Numbered from the stretch's first letter, positions 53,911 through 63,704 are shown. The stretch is DNA of 64,000 nt from Rebecca billardiae RCC1528 (GCA_965240325.2 OZ251226.1:1922001-1986000), one strand, 5' to 3'. Numbers and translations: made by a program. Notes: generated from the letters alone by a model not told the origin.

Positions 53911-54381
53911 TCAAGCATTTGAAGATGTCTGGCCACTCTCTGCTTGCGCGCCCAGCAGCTTGCGCCGGTGGCGAAAAAGTGCCGTGATCACGAACGCTGC
54001 ACTGGGCAGCTGCACTGCCAAGTGGATGGCCGACACGACAGCTACTGGCGTGTAGCCCCCAAACACTACAACGATGAGGATGATCGAGACCAGCGTGATC
54101 ACGAATGTATGCAGCACCAGGAACACTGGCGTGAGGCGGAGCGTACCAGCATCGTCCTTCCCGATCGCGCGTATGGAGCGAGCGGTCTGAACGATCGAGA
54201 GCAAGCACCCCGGTCCAGCCAGAATGAAGCCAAGAAAGTGAAGAGCAGCTGGCGGAGGGCCCATGCGCTCAGTCGAGAAGGAACCATCTGGGCGCAGAAA
54301 CGCGACGATCATGCCGTATACGAAGCCCACGGCACACAGCGCGATGAATAGCTTGAGCGTTGTGACCAACTCGAGCTGCAT
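53911..54381 (-). CDS. small 4-TM membrane protein
   Basis: Four hydrophobic segments in 156 aa. Confidence 0.65.
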   Translation of the reverse strand: MQLELVTTLKLFIALCAVGFVYGMIVAFLRPDGSFSTERMGPPPAALHFLGFILAGPGCLLSIVQTARSIRAIGKDDAGTLRLTPVFLVLHTFVITLVSIILIVVVFGGYTPVAVVSAIHLAVQLPSAAFVITALFRHRRKLLGAQAESGQTSSNA

Positions 54382-54828
54382 GATGTCAAACACGGCGACC
54401 AGAGCGAGCCTCTGTCGGTCGTCGATCGCGACGACGCACGGCTTGGTGTGCTGATGGCCGACCAAAAAGCGCTAGCTTTTTGAGCACAACCCCCTCTGAG
54501 CGCGAGGTTAGATGCCGAGACGAACTGGAGAACTGAAACGGAACTGACGACGCGCGCGCACCCGCCGAACGAAACCTCATACTACTAGTAGTACCGTAGT
54601 AATAGTAGTATGGGGGTAAGCTAGAGTCTGCTACGGCCTACGGCTGACGATCGACGATTTCTGATCCGGACCGGATTGAGTTCGTATCAGTCATCTAGCT
54701 GATACGTACTCCGCCGTACTGCATACCGAAGAGTGCCGTCCGTAACGCAGCTCATGCGTGATCTGCCCGTCACGTTGACCGCAAATGTTGCCAACAGGTG
54801 GCAACATCACGGGCCGACTGAATGCGGT

Positions 54829-54879
54829 ATCTCGCCTGTCTGATGAGCTGTGTGCGTCTCTTATTCTTAGTAAACTGTA
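54829..54879 (-). repeat. solo TA-CAGTTTACT transposon end (copy 3, inverted)
   Basis: Reverse complement reads TACAGTTTACTAAGAATAAGAGACGCACACAGCTCATCAGACAGGCGAGAT. Confidence 0.75.
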
Positions 54880-54993
54880 TGTGTCGGCACCACGCTGACA
54901 CGGTGACGGTCCGACGCCGGCACGGCGTCCACCCGCGGCCGCGGTCACGCAGCGCTCGTGTAGCCATGCTGCCCCGAACTCAAGCTGTTGTCG

Positions 54994-56919
54994 TCATGCA
55001 CTGAGCCCAGCGATAGAGTCAGCCTTGTCGACGCCGTAGTACGAGATGCGAGGGTCGCGCCCGCCACCACCGGGTGCGGCGTCGTGCGGGCCGCTTGACT
55101 CGTCAGCGAGCGTCAACTTGAGCTCGGAGAGCGTGTCGGCGGGCGGGTCGTCCTCGGCGGGTGCGGCGGACGCCGAGCGCGCGAGCTCGGCTTTCGACGG
55201 CTGACGCACGGCGGAGTGCTGGCGGGCGTGCGGCGACTGCTCGACTTGGACGGTCACGGCGGAGTTCTTGCGCGAGCGCGCGTCGTTGAGCGCCACGCGC
55301 ACGCGCGATTCGAGCACGGCGCACTCGCCGGCCGCCGCGGCCTCGAGGCAGCTGCGCAGGTGGTCGCGATGCTTCACGAGCGTGCACTCCGCCTTGTCCA
55401 CCGCGAGCTGCTCGACCGCGTCACCGCCGCCGGGCAGCTCGCACACTTCGATGTCGGCTGCGCTGAAGTCCAGCTCCAGCGCGGTCAGCATCTCCACCAG
55501 CGTCCACAGCCGGCCGGTGAACGACGGGCCGAGGAGGACGAGTACGCTCCGGCAGCCTCCGATGCGCTCGGGCAGGTGTGCGAGCGCCTCGCCGATGGGC
55601 TGGCCCTGCTCGACGCACACCTGGTCCAGCCTGCACGCGCGGCGCGCGCGCGGCGCGCGCGGCGCGCGGGGCGGCACGGCGGGGTGCTCAGCGCGTGCGC
55701 ACGCCGGCGAGGCCCGGGGCTCGCGCCTCGAGCCGGCGCGCCCACGCGCGCCGCGCGCCCGGCCGCGCGTGCGCGCGCGCGCAGCAACACACCACACGAC
55801 GGGCTCGCGGCCCGTCTTGGCGCGGAACGAGGTGCGCCACGCCTGCAGGGCGCGCCACTTGGAGTCCAAGTCGTCGTGGCTGCTGTGCGAGACGTAGGCG
55901 TCCACCTCGCCGAACCGGACGTCCTTCAGAATCGACGCCGAATTCTTCCGCCCCGCCGGGCTGTTCCTCCGCCCTGAGCCGCCCTTGGGCTCCAGCGGCG
56001 GCCCGCCCACCACGCCGCCGAGCTGCGTGCTCGCACGCCTCGGGTCGAGGTGGCGCTTCTGCAGGCTGGCGAGCGAGACGCCGCGCAGCGCGAAGGGCTC
56101 GGGCTCGTCCGCGGGGGGCGGCTTGGGGGCGAGCGCGACGAGCGTGATCGCCCTGAGCGAGACGCGCGCGCGCCTCGCCAGCCGGTGCGCCACCAGCCAG
56201 GAGTTGGGCTCTGTGGGGACGAGCAGGGCGAACGCGAGCTCGGCGGCGCCGCGCACGAGATGGATCGCGCCCAGCGGCATCGGCTCGAGGGGCTCGGCGT
56301 CGAAGACGAGCATGAGGACGGCGGCGGCCAGCCTGGTCAGCCCGATCCCGGCACACACGCCGCGCACGGCGCGCAGCGTCGCGCGCCGCGTGCCGCTCGG
56401 CCGGCCGCGGCAGCCTGCGAGCACAAAGGTGAGGGCGACGGCGACGAGCGCGATGATGGCCGCCGCGGCGCTGCGGATGGTGTCGAGCATGGGGAGGGTG
56501 AGCGGCGCGCCGCTGCCTGCCGTGAGCCATGCGTCCATGTCCACGGCCCCGCCCGTCGCGAGCATCAAGTCCAGGGCTGCCAAAGCCAGGACGAAGATGC
56601 TGACGGCAGCGGCCATGCCGTACGGGAGCACGCGGTCGCACGGCATGACCGCGCTCGCCATGAGCCACAGCGCCGAGAAGCCGAGGACGAAGTTCGCGTA
56701 GAGGGCGAGGTGCATCCAGATCACGGCCAATCCGGCGCCGTCGCTCGCGGAGAACTCGCGGGCGAAGCGCGGCGAGATGAGCAGGACGGCGATGGCCGGC
56801 GCAATCATCATGCCACCCAGGACGAGAAGCGGCGCCTGCACCAAGCGCCGCACGCGCTTCCTCGTGTTGTGTGCGGCTTTGAGCCGCGCATGTATCTCGG
56901 CCTCTGCGGTGTACACCAT
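54994..56919 (-). CDS. multi-pass (~6 TM) membrane protein with C-terminal TIR_2-like domain (intron 55631-55792)
   Basis: Spliced DAYVSHS...VWLDQVC...IGGCRSVLVLLGPSFTGRLWTLVEM matches TIR betaA, betaB, betaC and alphaC (WxxxE). Confidence 0.75.
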   Translation of the reverse strand: MVYTAEAEIHARLKAAHNTRKRVRRLVQAPLLVLGGMMIAPAIAVLLISPRFAREFSASDGAGLAVIWMHLALYANFVLGFSALWLMASAVMPCDRVLPYGMAAAVSIFVLALAALDLMLATGGAVDMDAWLTAGSGAPLTLPMLDTIRSAAAAIIALVAVALTFVLAGCRGRPSGTRRATLRAVRGVCAGIGLTRLAAAVLMLVFDAEPLEPMPLGAIHLVRGAAELAFALLVPTEPNSWLVAHRLARRARVSLRAITLVALAPKPPPADEPEPFALRGVSLASLQKRHLDPRRASTQLGGVVGGPPLEPKGGSGRRNSPAGRKNSASILKDVRFGEVDAYVSHSSHDDLDSKWRALQAWRTSFRAKTGREPVVWCVAARARTRGRARGARGRAGSRREPRASPACARAEHPAVPPRAPRAPRARRACRLDQVCVEQGQPIGEALAHLPERIGGCRSVLVLLGPSFTGRLWTLVEMLTALELDFSAADIEVCELPGGGDAVEQLAVDKAECTLVKHRDHLRSCLEAAAAGECAVLESRVRVALNDARSRKNSAVTVQVEQSPHARQHSAVRQPSKAELARSASAAPAEDDPPADTLSELKLTLADESSGPHDAAPGGGGRDPRISYYGVDKADSIAGLSA

Positions 56920-57076
56920 GACGACGACGCCGCGCGCCCGTCAGATGGCGGCGACGCCCACGAACGCGTTCACAACGCTCGTCGACCGGCGACGTTGATG
57001 ACTCTTGGCGGACCAATTACTACTACTAGTAAAACCGAGTCAGGGAACTCGTCAAGCGTCGCAGGGGTGCCGGGCG

Positions 57077-57108
57077 TGAGGATTCTCCGACGCATCGGAG
57101 AATCCTCA
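57077..57108. repeat. perfect 14-bp hairpin
   Basis: TGAGGATTCTCCGA-CGCA-TCGGAGAATCCTCA. Confidence 0.85.
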
Positions 57109-57330
57109 TTTACGGGCTACGGCGAAACGAGCGAAAAAGCGCCCGAAAATGCCCAAACTCTATAGAAGATTGGTATAGGAGTCGTAACCGCTCACAGGTG
57201 GCGTGTACTCCCTTCATTGTTCATTGACGATTGCTACTGAGTCAACGTTGGTAAGGTATGTCTCAACAATGATCATGTCTCACGGTTTGGTTTAGCCCTA
57301 AACCAGGGACTCCCGGGGCGATCCAAGCCG

Positions 57331-58396
57331 AGGCCACTCGAGCGACTTCGTGTCTGGCGAGGCAGATCGCGCCAGTGCGTGGCGAGGCAGACGCTCGCCT
57401 GCCTCGCCGCTTGGCGAGGCAGCTAAGCTAGTAAAGCCAAGGGGGTAAAGCCGCGGCCGAACTTTACGAAAGCCATATGTCTGCCGGTGCGCCGCCCGTC
57501 TTTTGCGCACGGTGACAAGGGCGCGCGAGGGCGCTTCCTCACGATCCCGAAGAGCGCTGCGCGCGGCGTCGCGTTGGCGGCGGCAGCGGCGCTGGGGTGT
57601 ATCTTGCCCATTCTGCGTGGCGGCGCGCTCTCATGACGCCTCGGCCGCCGCCACGCCATGCGCGACCGGGCGTGTCGCCTTCTTGACGGGCAGTGCACAC
57701 GCCCTTGCAAGCGCACAGCCGTGAAGAGCCGAGAGCGTCCGTCGCGAGCACGCCGCCCACGCGGGATGCGTTATGTCGTCACCGAAGCCACCTTGCGCAT
57801 GCGCTTCGCCGAGTTCGCCATGCGTTCAGAGCAGTCAAGATCACTGAACGAGAGGATGTCATCGGCTGAAATGCAGGTTAGCAGTGCTCATCATAGCTGC
57901 TACCCATGGTCATCCTGGCTCGCACATGCCAGAGCGCGAGCACCCAGTGTCATACGAATAGCCCTGGCAACGCATCCCGCGTGGGCGGCGTGCTCGCGAC
58001 GGACGCTCTCGGCTCTTCACGGCTGTGCGCTTGCAAGGGCGTGTGCACTGCCCGTCAAGAAGGCGACACGCCCGGTCGCGCATGGCGTGGCGGCGGCCGA
58101 GGCGTCATGAGAGCGCGCCGCCACGCAGAATGGGCAAGATACACCCCAGCGCCGCTGCCGCCGCCAACGCGACGCCGCGCGCAGCGCTCTTCGGGATCGT
58201 GAGGAAGCGCCCTCGCGCGCCCTTGTCACCGTGCGCAAAAGACGGGCGGCGCACCGGCAGACATTTGGCTTTCGTAAAGTTCGGCCGCGGCTTTACTAGC
58301 TTAGCTGCCTCGCCAAGCGGCGAGGCAGGCGAGCGTCTGCCTCGCCACGCACTGGCGCGATCTGCCTCGCCAGACACGAAGTCGCTCGAGTGGCCT
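57331..58396. repeat. long inverted repeat / fold-back palindrome 3
   Basis: Arms 57331-57772 and 57969-58396 are near-identical reverse complements (one 14-bp indel); CAAGCCG occurs on both flanks. Confidence 0.95.
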
Positions 58397-58922
58397 CAAG
58401 CCGTTTCCCGTGAGCGGCCGAGCAAGCGCATGGCTGCCGTTGTGGGGCGCCGTGGGCGACAACATCTTGTCCAGCACGGCGCCGAGAGCCCACATGCATC
58501 GGTGGAGAGGGGCTACTGTAGTCACGTCGCGTACCATCCCATCACACCATACTGGTGGGCTTGAGCCGACATCTTGCGCGCGCATGAGGCCGTATGTTCG
58601 TGCGGGCTGGTTGGCACAATCATGGGCGTTGCCGTTCGGCTTCAAACGTGCAGGCGGGGTGAGGTGTAGCACCGCGAGGCGAGGGGGACTGTGTTGGGGG
58701 ACATGTCGGTAAGGCCCTAGCGCGCACTCCACCCGCTCTGCTTTGTCATTACGTGTACTACGTAGTCCCAAACTACCCGCTCTGGGCGCCGCGCGAGGCC
58801 GCGCGCCCTTCGGGAGCCGCGCCGGGGCGGGTGCGCCTCTCCCGGCCGAAAAAATCGTTTCACGGACTCACCAGCACGGCCGCTCGCGAGCGGCGGCGCA
58901 TGCAAAGGCCGATCAGTGGGCC

Positions 58923-60721
58923 ATGGGCGACTTCCGCGGCCTCTTCGGCGACGACGCTCCGCATGAGGGGTGCAGCATCACGCAGCCGGAGGAGCGCGGC
59001 GTCACGCTGCAACAGCTCCGCCGGCTGGCCGCGACCGCCGCGGACGCGAGCAAGACCCTGCACGACGTGCTTAATGACGTTATCAAGCCTGCGACGCAGC
59101 AGCGCAAGTGCTCGCTCGTCGAGCTGGTCGCCACGAGCGCGCAGCGCCCCCAGTGGTTCGTCGTACACTTCTACGGGACTCCGATGGCGGATCTTCTCGC
59201 TGCACTGTCGCAGCATGCCACGGATCACAGCCTGGGCGAGGACACGCCGTACTGGCTGTGTGCCTGCGCGCTGAGCCCGCACGGTGGTGGGCAGCCGCTC
59301 AGCGGCGCGACGGACACGCTGCCATTCGTGCAGGCGCTCAAGGCGGTGCAGGGCGTGGTGAGCGTGATCGACCGCGAGGGCGAGGCGCTCCAGCGCGCAT
59401 GGACCGGCTTCGAGCTGTACCTCGCCTTCACCACGCGCGGGCGGAGTCTCCTCCACGACATCTACGCCGTCGCGGGCGACCAGGACAAGCCGGTCGGGCT
59501 GGTTGACGGCTATGCGGCGATCGACAACGGGCTGGCCGAGCTCAAGGCGGTGCGCGAGAAGCACTTCCCGGAGGAGCTCGCGCTGCGCGCGACGCGATAC
59601 GCGCTCGGCGGGGCGCGCACCACGGTCTGGCCTGAGCGCGCGCGCATGCTCGAGCGGCTCGGTCCTTCAGTCGCTGAGCTGGACGCAACCGTGCGCGCGC
59701 GCTTTGGCTGCGTCGTGCTGCCGCGGCTGGCGCAGCGGGCAGCGGACGAGACGAGCTCGCCCGAGCTGCGGCTGCGCGAGGCGCTCGCCGCGCTGCGCGT
59801 CTCGCACATCCGCAAGGTCGTGCTCCACGAGGTGCCCGCGCCGCTGTACGCGTCCGCGCTCGGGGGCGCGCTGCCGCGCGTGCTCGAGGAGCTCGAGCTG
59901 CTCGGGGTGCACGCGAGCGTGCTGCCGGGCGTGGTCGAGTGCATCCGGAGCGCGCCGCTGCGGCAGGTGATGCTGCTGCGGTGCGGCATCGGGGACAAGG
60001 AGGCTGCCTCCCTCGCCGATGCGATCGCGAGCAGCACCGCGCTGGAGGCGCTCAACCTCGAGTGCGCGCACACGCGTCCGCGCACACCCGCGGAGCTGGC
60101 GCGCGCTGCTGCGCCCTCGCGCGCGCGCGCGCTGCCTGACTGCCGAGCCGAGCGCCCATGCCATCTGCCCGGCCGCGCGCGCGCGCAGCCAAAACGCGAT
60201 TTCGGACAAAGGCGTGGCTGATCTCGCGCGGGGGCTTGAGCGCAGCACCTCTCTCGTCTCGCTGACGCTGCGGTACGCGCGCGCGGGCGTTTCCCAGTGC
60301 GCTCGCGGGCAGCCCTGCCTGCGCGCCCAGCCTGCGGCTGGGCCGGCTTGGACGTGCGCCCGTGCTAAGGCCCCGACCCTTCCCCGCGCGGCGCGCAGCC
60401 TCAACCAAGTTCGCGACGCGGGCGCGCAGGCGCTGGCCGGTGCGCTTGCGCGCAACAGCGCGCTCGCGAAGCTGAATCTCAGGTGCGTGCGCATCCACAT
60501 CTGTGCCGCGCCTCGTACCGCTGCCGCTGAGGAGTGTCAGCGCTGCGCGATTACGTGTAGCGCACTCACCTACTTCGGGCGGCCGGGCCACCTTGCTCGG
60601 CGATGCGACTGCCTCCCGCCGCAGGTACAACAAAGTCGACAAGGTCGGCGTGAACGCCCTTCGCGAGGCGTGGGCGGCGTCCGGACGAGCCAACGAGACA
60701 CTCAAGCTCGACAGCGTGTGA
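58923..60721 (+). CDS. TIR-like N-terminal domain + RI/NLRC3-type LRR protein (introns starting 60062, 60273, 60483)
   Basis: PQWFVVHFYG...YWLCACA...RAWTGFEL; spliced LRRs LNLDQNAISDKG, LTLRLNQVRDAG, LNLRYNKVDKVG; 84-nt repeat exons. Confidence 0.75.
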
Positions 60722-61827
60722 CTGTGCTGTGTGGCGACACGCTAAGAACTTACTGCCTGTTTTAAACGTGTTAGCTGGACGCAGTCACACACTGTTTCCA
60801 GCCAAGCTGCAGTCGATCATCGATGCTGCTATGATTGTTCGTAGTATAAGTGATGTTTATTCCGCCTAGTACCAGTTCCCCGGTCACGCAGGGGCTTATC
60901 ACAGTGTCCCTGCGGACGTCGTCAGCAGCGTCGTCCGTGCGGACGAGCGGGCGGTGCGGGAGTCGTCCCACACAGGTCACAAGTCAATGTCAAGGGCAAA
61001 CGGCGGCCACCAGTAAACTGATAGGCCAGTCGTTAGACCAATAGCGCCGGGGGAAAACGTATATACGTAACCGGCGGCTTGCGTTCGCCTGCGGGCAGCG
61101 GCGAAAGCAATAGGATTAGGGGCCGAGCGCGCTCGCGCCGGTTCAGGGAGGGCAGGTACGACAGCGAGTAGTACCTGGGACTCGACCTCTCCTGGCGGTT
61201 GGATCCAAGCGCCTGGAGAGGAAAAGAAATCGTGCACGGAGGAAATTCGGGATTAATACAACAATAAGACTGGATCGAGCCGCGCGCCAGTTATTCAAGT
61301 TGCGGGCCGGCCCGATTGAGCCGCGCCGTGCCGCGGCCGCCGCGGCCGCCGCGGGTCGACCGAAGCTGGCGCGCGGTCGACCCGGAGGTCATAGCCATGC
61401 AGGCTGATGGGCTTACTGGCAGTCGATTGTCACTGCTGACACTGTCAGGAGACAGGAGTCCGATGACTAGGTCGAGCACGGTCGTCCGGCAGGCCGCGGT
61501 CTCAGTAAGACTGTAAGTGATTAGTCCGGTGATGCCTGCGCTGTGACAGCGCTCATTTCTGAGTTAGCACGACCGTCACATATGCCATCAGCGAGTAGCC
61601 TGTCCCGCCCAGCACAGGCCCGCGACCGCGTTGAAAGCACTGACGCTGACATAATTGTTACGTACGGCATGCGGCCTGCGCCAACTTGTAAGCCGGGCCG
61701 CCACGTCCCCGAGACTACGCTGAACCAGACCAGGTGCCGAGTCCAACGACGGCGTGAGCCAACTTGTGTATAGGCAGAGCATCCGCGCGCCTAGCACGCA
61801 AGTGCAGTGCCCTTGCGTCCGCACCGG

Positions 61828-62205
61828 CTATAGCTGCTGGAGGGATTTTCGGCGGTTGAACTGGCCGGCGAGAATGGAGCCCTTCGCCATCGTGTGCAGC
61901 GCGGTGCCGTGCATGTCGTAGAACGTCTCCTTCGTCGTCGTTGTGAAGCGCATCTTCCGCAGGACCGCGTCGTAGCTCTCATCCACCTCATCCTCGTCGT
62001 CCGCAGCGGCGGGTGGCTCTGCAGCGGCAGGCGGGGCCTCTGACGCTGGCGATGGCTTCTTCACCTTGACGAGCCGCGGGGGCAGGCGGTACTCCTCGGG
62101 CCCGTACTTGGACATCCAGCTCGCGCGGGTGGTGTGCTCTTTCTGAATGGACTTGTACCACTCGATCTGGCCATCAGGCGTCGCCAGGTTGATGGACGTC
62201 GCCAT
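61828..62205 (-). CDS. small protein resembling SPMIP1/ATP6V1FNB-type ciliary microtubule inner proteins
   Basis: QIEWYKSIQKEHTTRASWMSKYG fits the W....KE...R..W..KY pattern. Confidence 0.5.
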   Translation of the reverse strand: MATSINLATPDGQIEWYKSIQKEHTTRASWMSKYGPEEYRLPPRLVKVKKPSPASEAPPAAAEPPAAADDEDEVDESYDAVLRKMRFTTTTKETFYDMHGTALHTMAKGSILAGQFNRRKSLQQL

Positions 62206-62411
62206 CTCTCTGGCGAGAGCGCGTGGCCAAGCTGCGCAGCTTGTGGTTGGCCTCGGCCGGCTCGCTCTCGGGGGTGCTCAGCCTTCAGGCGCACAGCGCG
62301 CTCAAGACCTTGTAACGACCTCTTCCTGTAACGTGCACAGCCCAAGGGCCGCCACACAGCCGATATCTTTCCGCGCGAGCCGTTCACAGCCCTCGACTGA
62401 GCGCCGTGCAG

Positions 62412-63704
62412 GCCGAGATCGAGCGGCTCGAGGCGTCCGGCCTCGAGCAGCGCGCGCTGCGGCTGCTGGACACGATGGCGGACGAGCCGGTCCGCGCGGA
62501 GTTCCTGGGCTCGGACGTCGAGCGGACGGGCGTGGACGTGGCGTATGATGAGGCGTGGACGGCGTATCAGAACAATCACTACGAGGAGGCTCTCGGCCGC
62601 CTCGACGCGCTGCTCTCCGTTGTCTCTGATCACGAGCGCGCGCGCTTTGCGCGCGCCCTGTGCTACCTCAAGGTTGACAAGCCAATACGGGCGGAGGCCG
62701 AGCTCAACCGGTACATCGCCGCGGTGCACAACAAGCGCGTGAACACGTGCGACGCGCTCTTCTACCGCGCGATGGCGCTGAACCGCCTGAGCTGGGTCCA
62801 GCGCGCGCTGGCAGATCTAGATGTCGCGATCTCGTCCAAGCCCGGCTGCGTGAGCGGCTGCGCGTGCGGCATGTCGTGCAAGGCGGTCGAGGCGGTGCTG
62901 GCGCGCTTTGCGATCCTCATCGATCCGGACGTGCGTCGCGAGTACGAGGCCAGCGGCGCCGCGGGCGGCGCGCCAGCCTCGGCGGGAGGCGTGGACGCGC
63001 CGGGCCGGCCGTCGGTTGACCCCGCCATGTTCACATACGACGCGCCCACATGGGTGGTGCCGATGCACCAGCTGAACGACGCGCTCGACCGCGCGGCCGC
63101 GCGCGACCGGGTGCCGCTGCTCATCGACGACTCGTCCGACCGCGCGCTCGACCAGTCCTTCCTGTACGTGAGCGCGACCATCGTCGAGATGAAGCGGTAC
63201 GTGATCGAGCTGCGCTCGGGCCGGGTGACGCTGGCCGCCATCCACGAGGACATGCGCTGCAAGCTGGTGCACGCAATGCGTCACGGGCACACGCTCGTGC
63301 TCCGGCTGGGCACGAGCGCGGCCGACCTGGTGCACAGGTTCTGCAACGACGAGTGCTTCCCGATCAACCTGCTGGTTGGGCACAACGCTGTGCGCCGCGG
63401 CGACAACCTGCGCGGGCAGCAGCTCGAGCGCGTGCTGCGCGCAGAGGACACCAACACGGGCATCTTCGTCGTCTCAGACGGCTTCCGCGTCCTCGTCACG
63501 TCCAACCTGCCACCTGCGCGCGTGGACGAGCTGCTCGCGGAGGCCCTTCCGCTCGAGCTCATGCAGCCCGTGCATGTCGTCACGGAGACGACCGTGCGCG
63601 ACGGGCGCGCCGGCGGCGTCACCGTCGAAGAGCTGACCGCGGCCGACCGGGCCAAGCAGCCGCAGCTTGAAGGCGACCGCCTGTCGCTGTTCCTGCAGAG
63701 CTGA
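62412..63704 (+). CDS. TPR protein with C-terminal IQANK1/dynein-AAA-like region; first exon probably 62192-62311
   Basis: Three TPR-like helical pairs (ARFARALCY, ALFYRAMAL); PLLIDDS...RCKLVHAMRHGHTLVL; acceptor TGCAG at 62411. Confidence 0.7.
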   Translation, partial: AEIERLEASGLEQRALRLLDTMADEPVRAEFLGSDVERTGVDVAYDEAWTAYQNNHYEEALGRLDALLSVVSDHERARFARALCYLKVDKPIRAEAELNRYIAAVHNKRVNTCDALFYRAMALNRLSWVQRALADLDVAISSKPGCVSGCACGMSCKAVEAVLARFAILIDPDVRREYEASGAAGGAPASAGGVDAPGRPSVDPAMFTYDAPTWVVPMHQLNDALDRAAARDRVPLLIDDSSDRALDQSFLYVSATIVEMKRYVIELRSGRVTLAAIHEDMRCKLVHAMRHGHTLVLRLGTSAADLVHRFCNDECFPINLLVGHNAVRRGDNLRGQQLERVLRAEDTNTGIFVVSDGFRVLVTSNLPPARVDELLAEALPLELMQPVHVVTETTVRDGRAGGVTVEELTAADRAKQPQLEGDRLSLFLQS

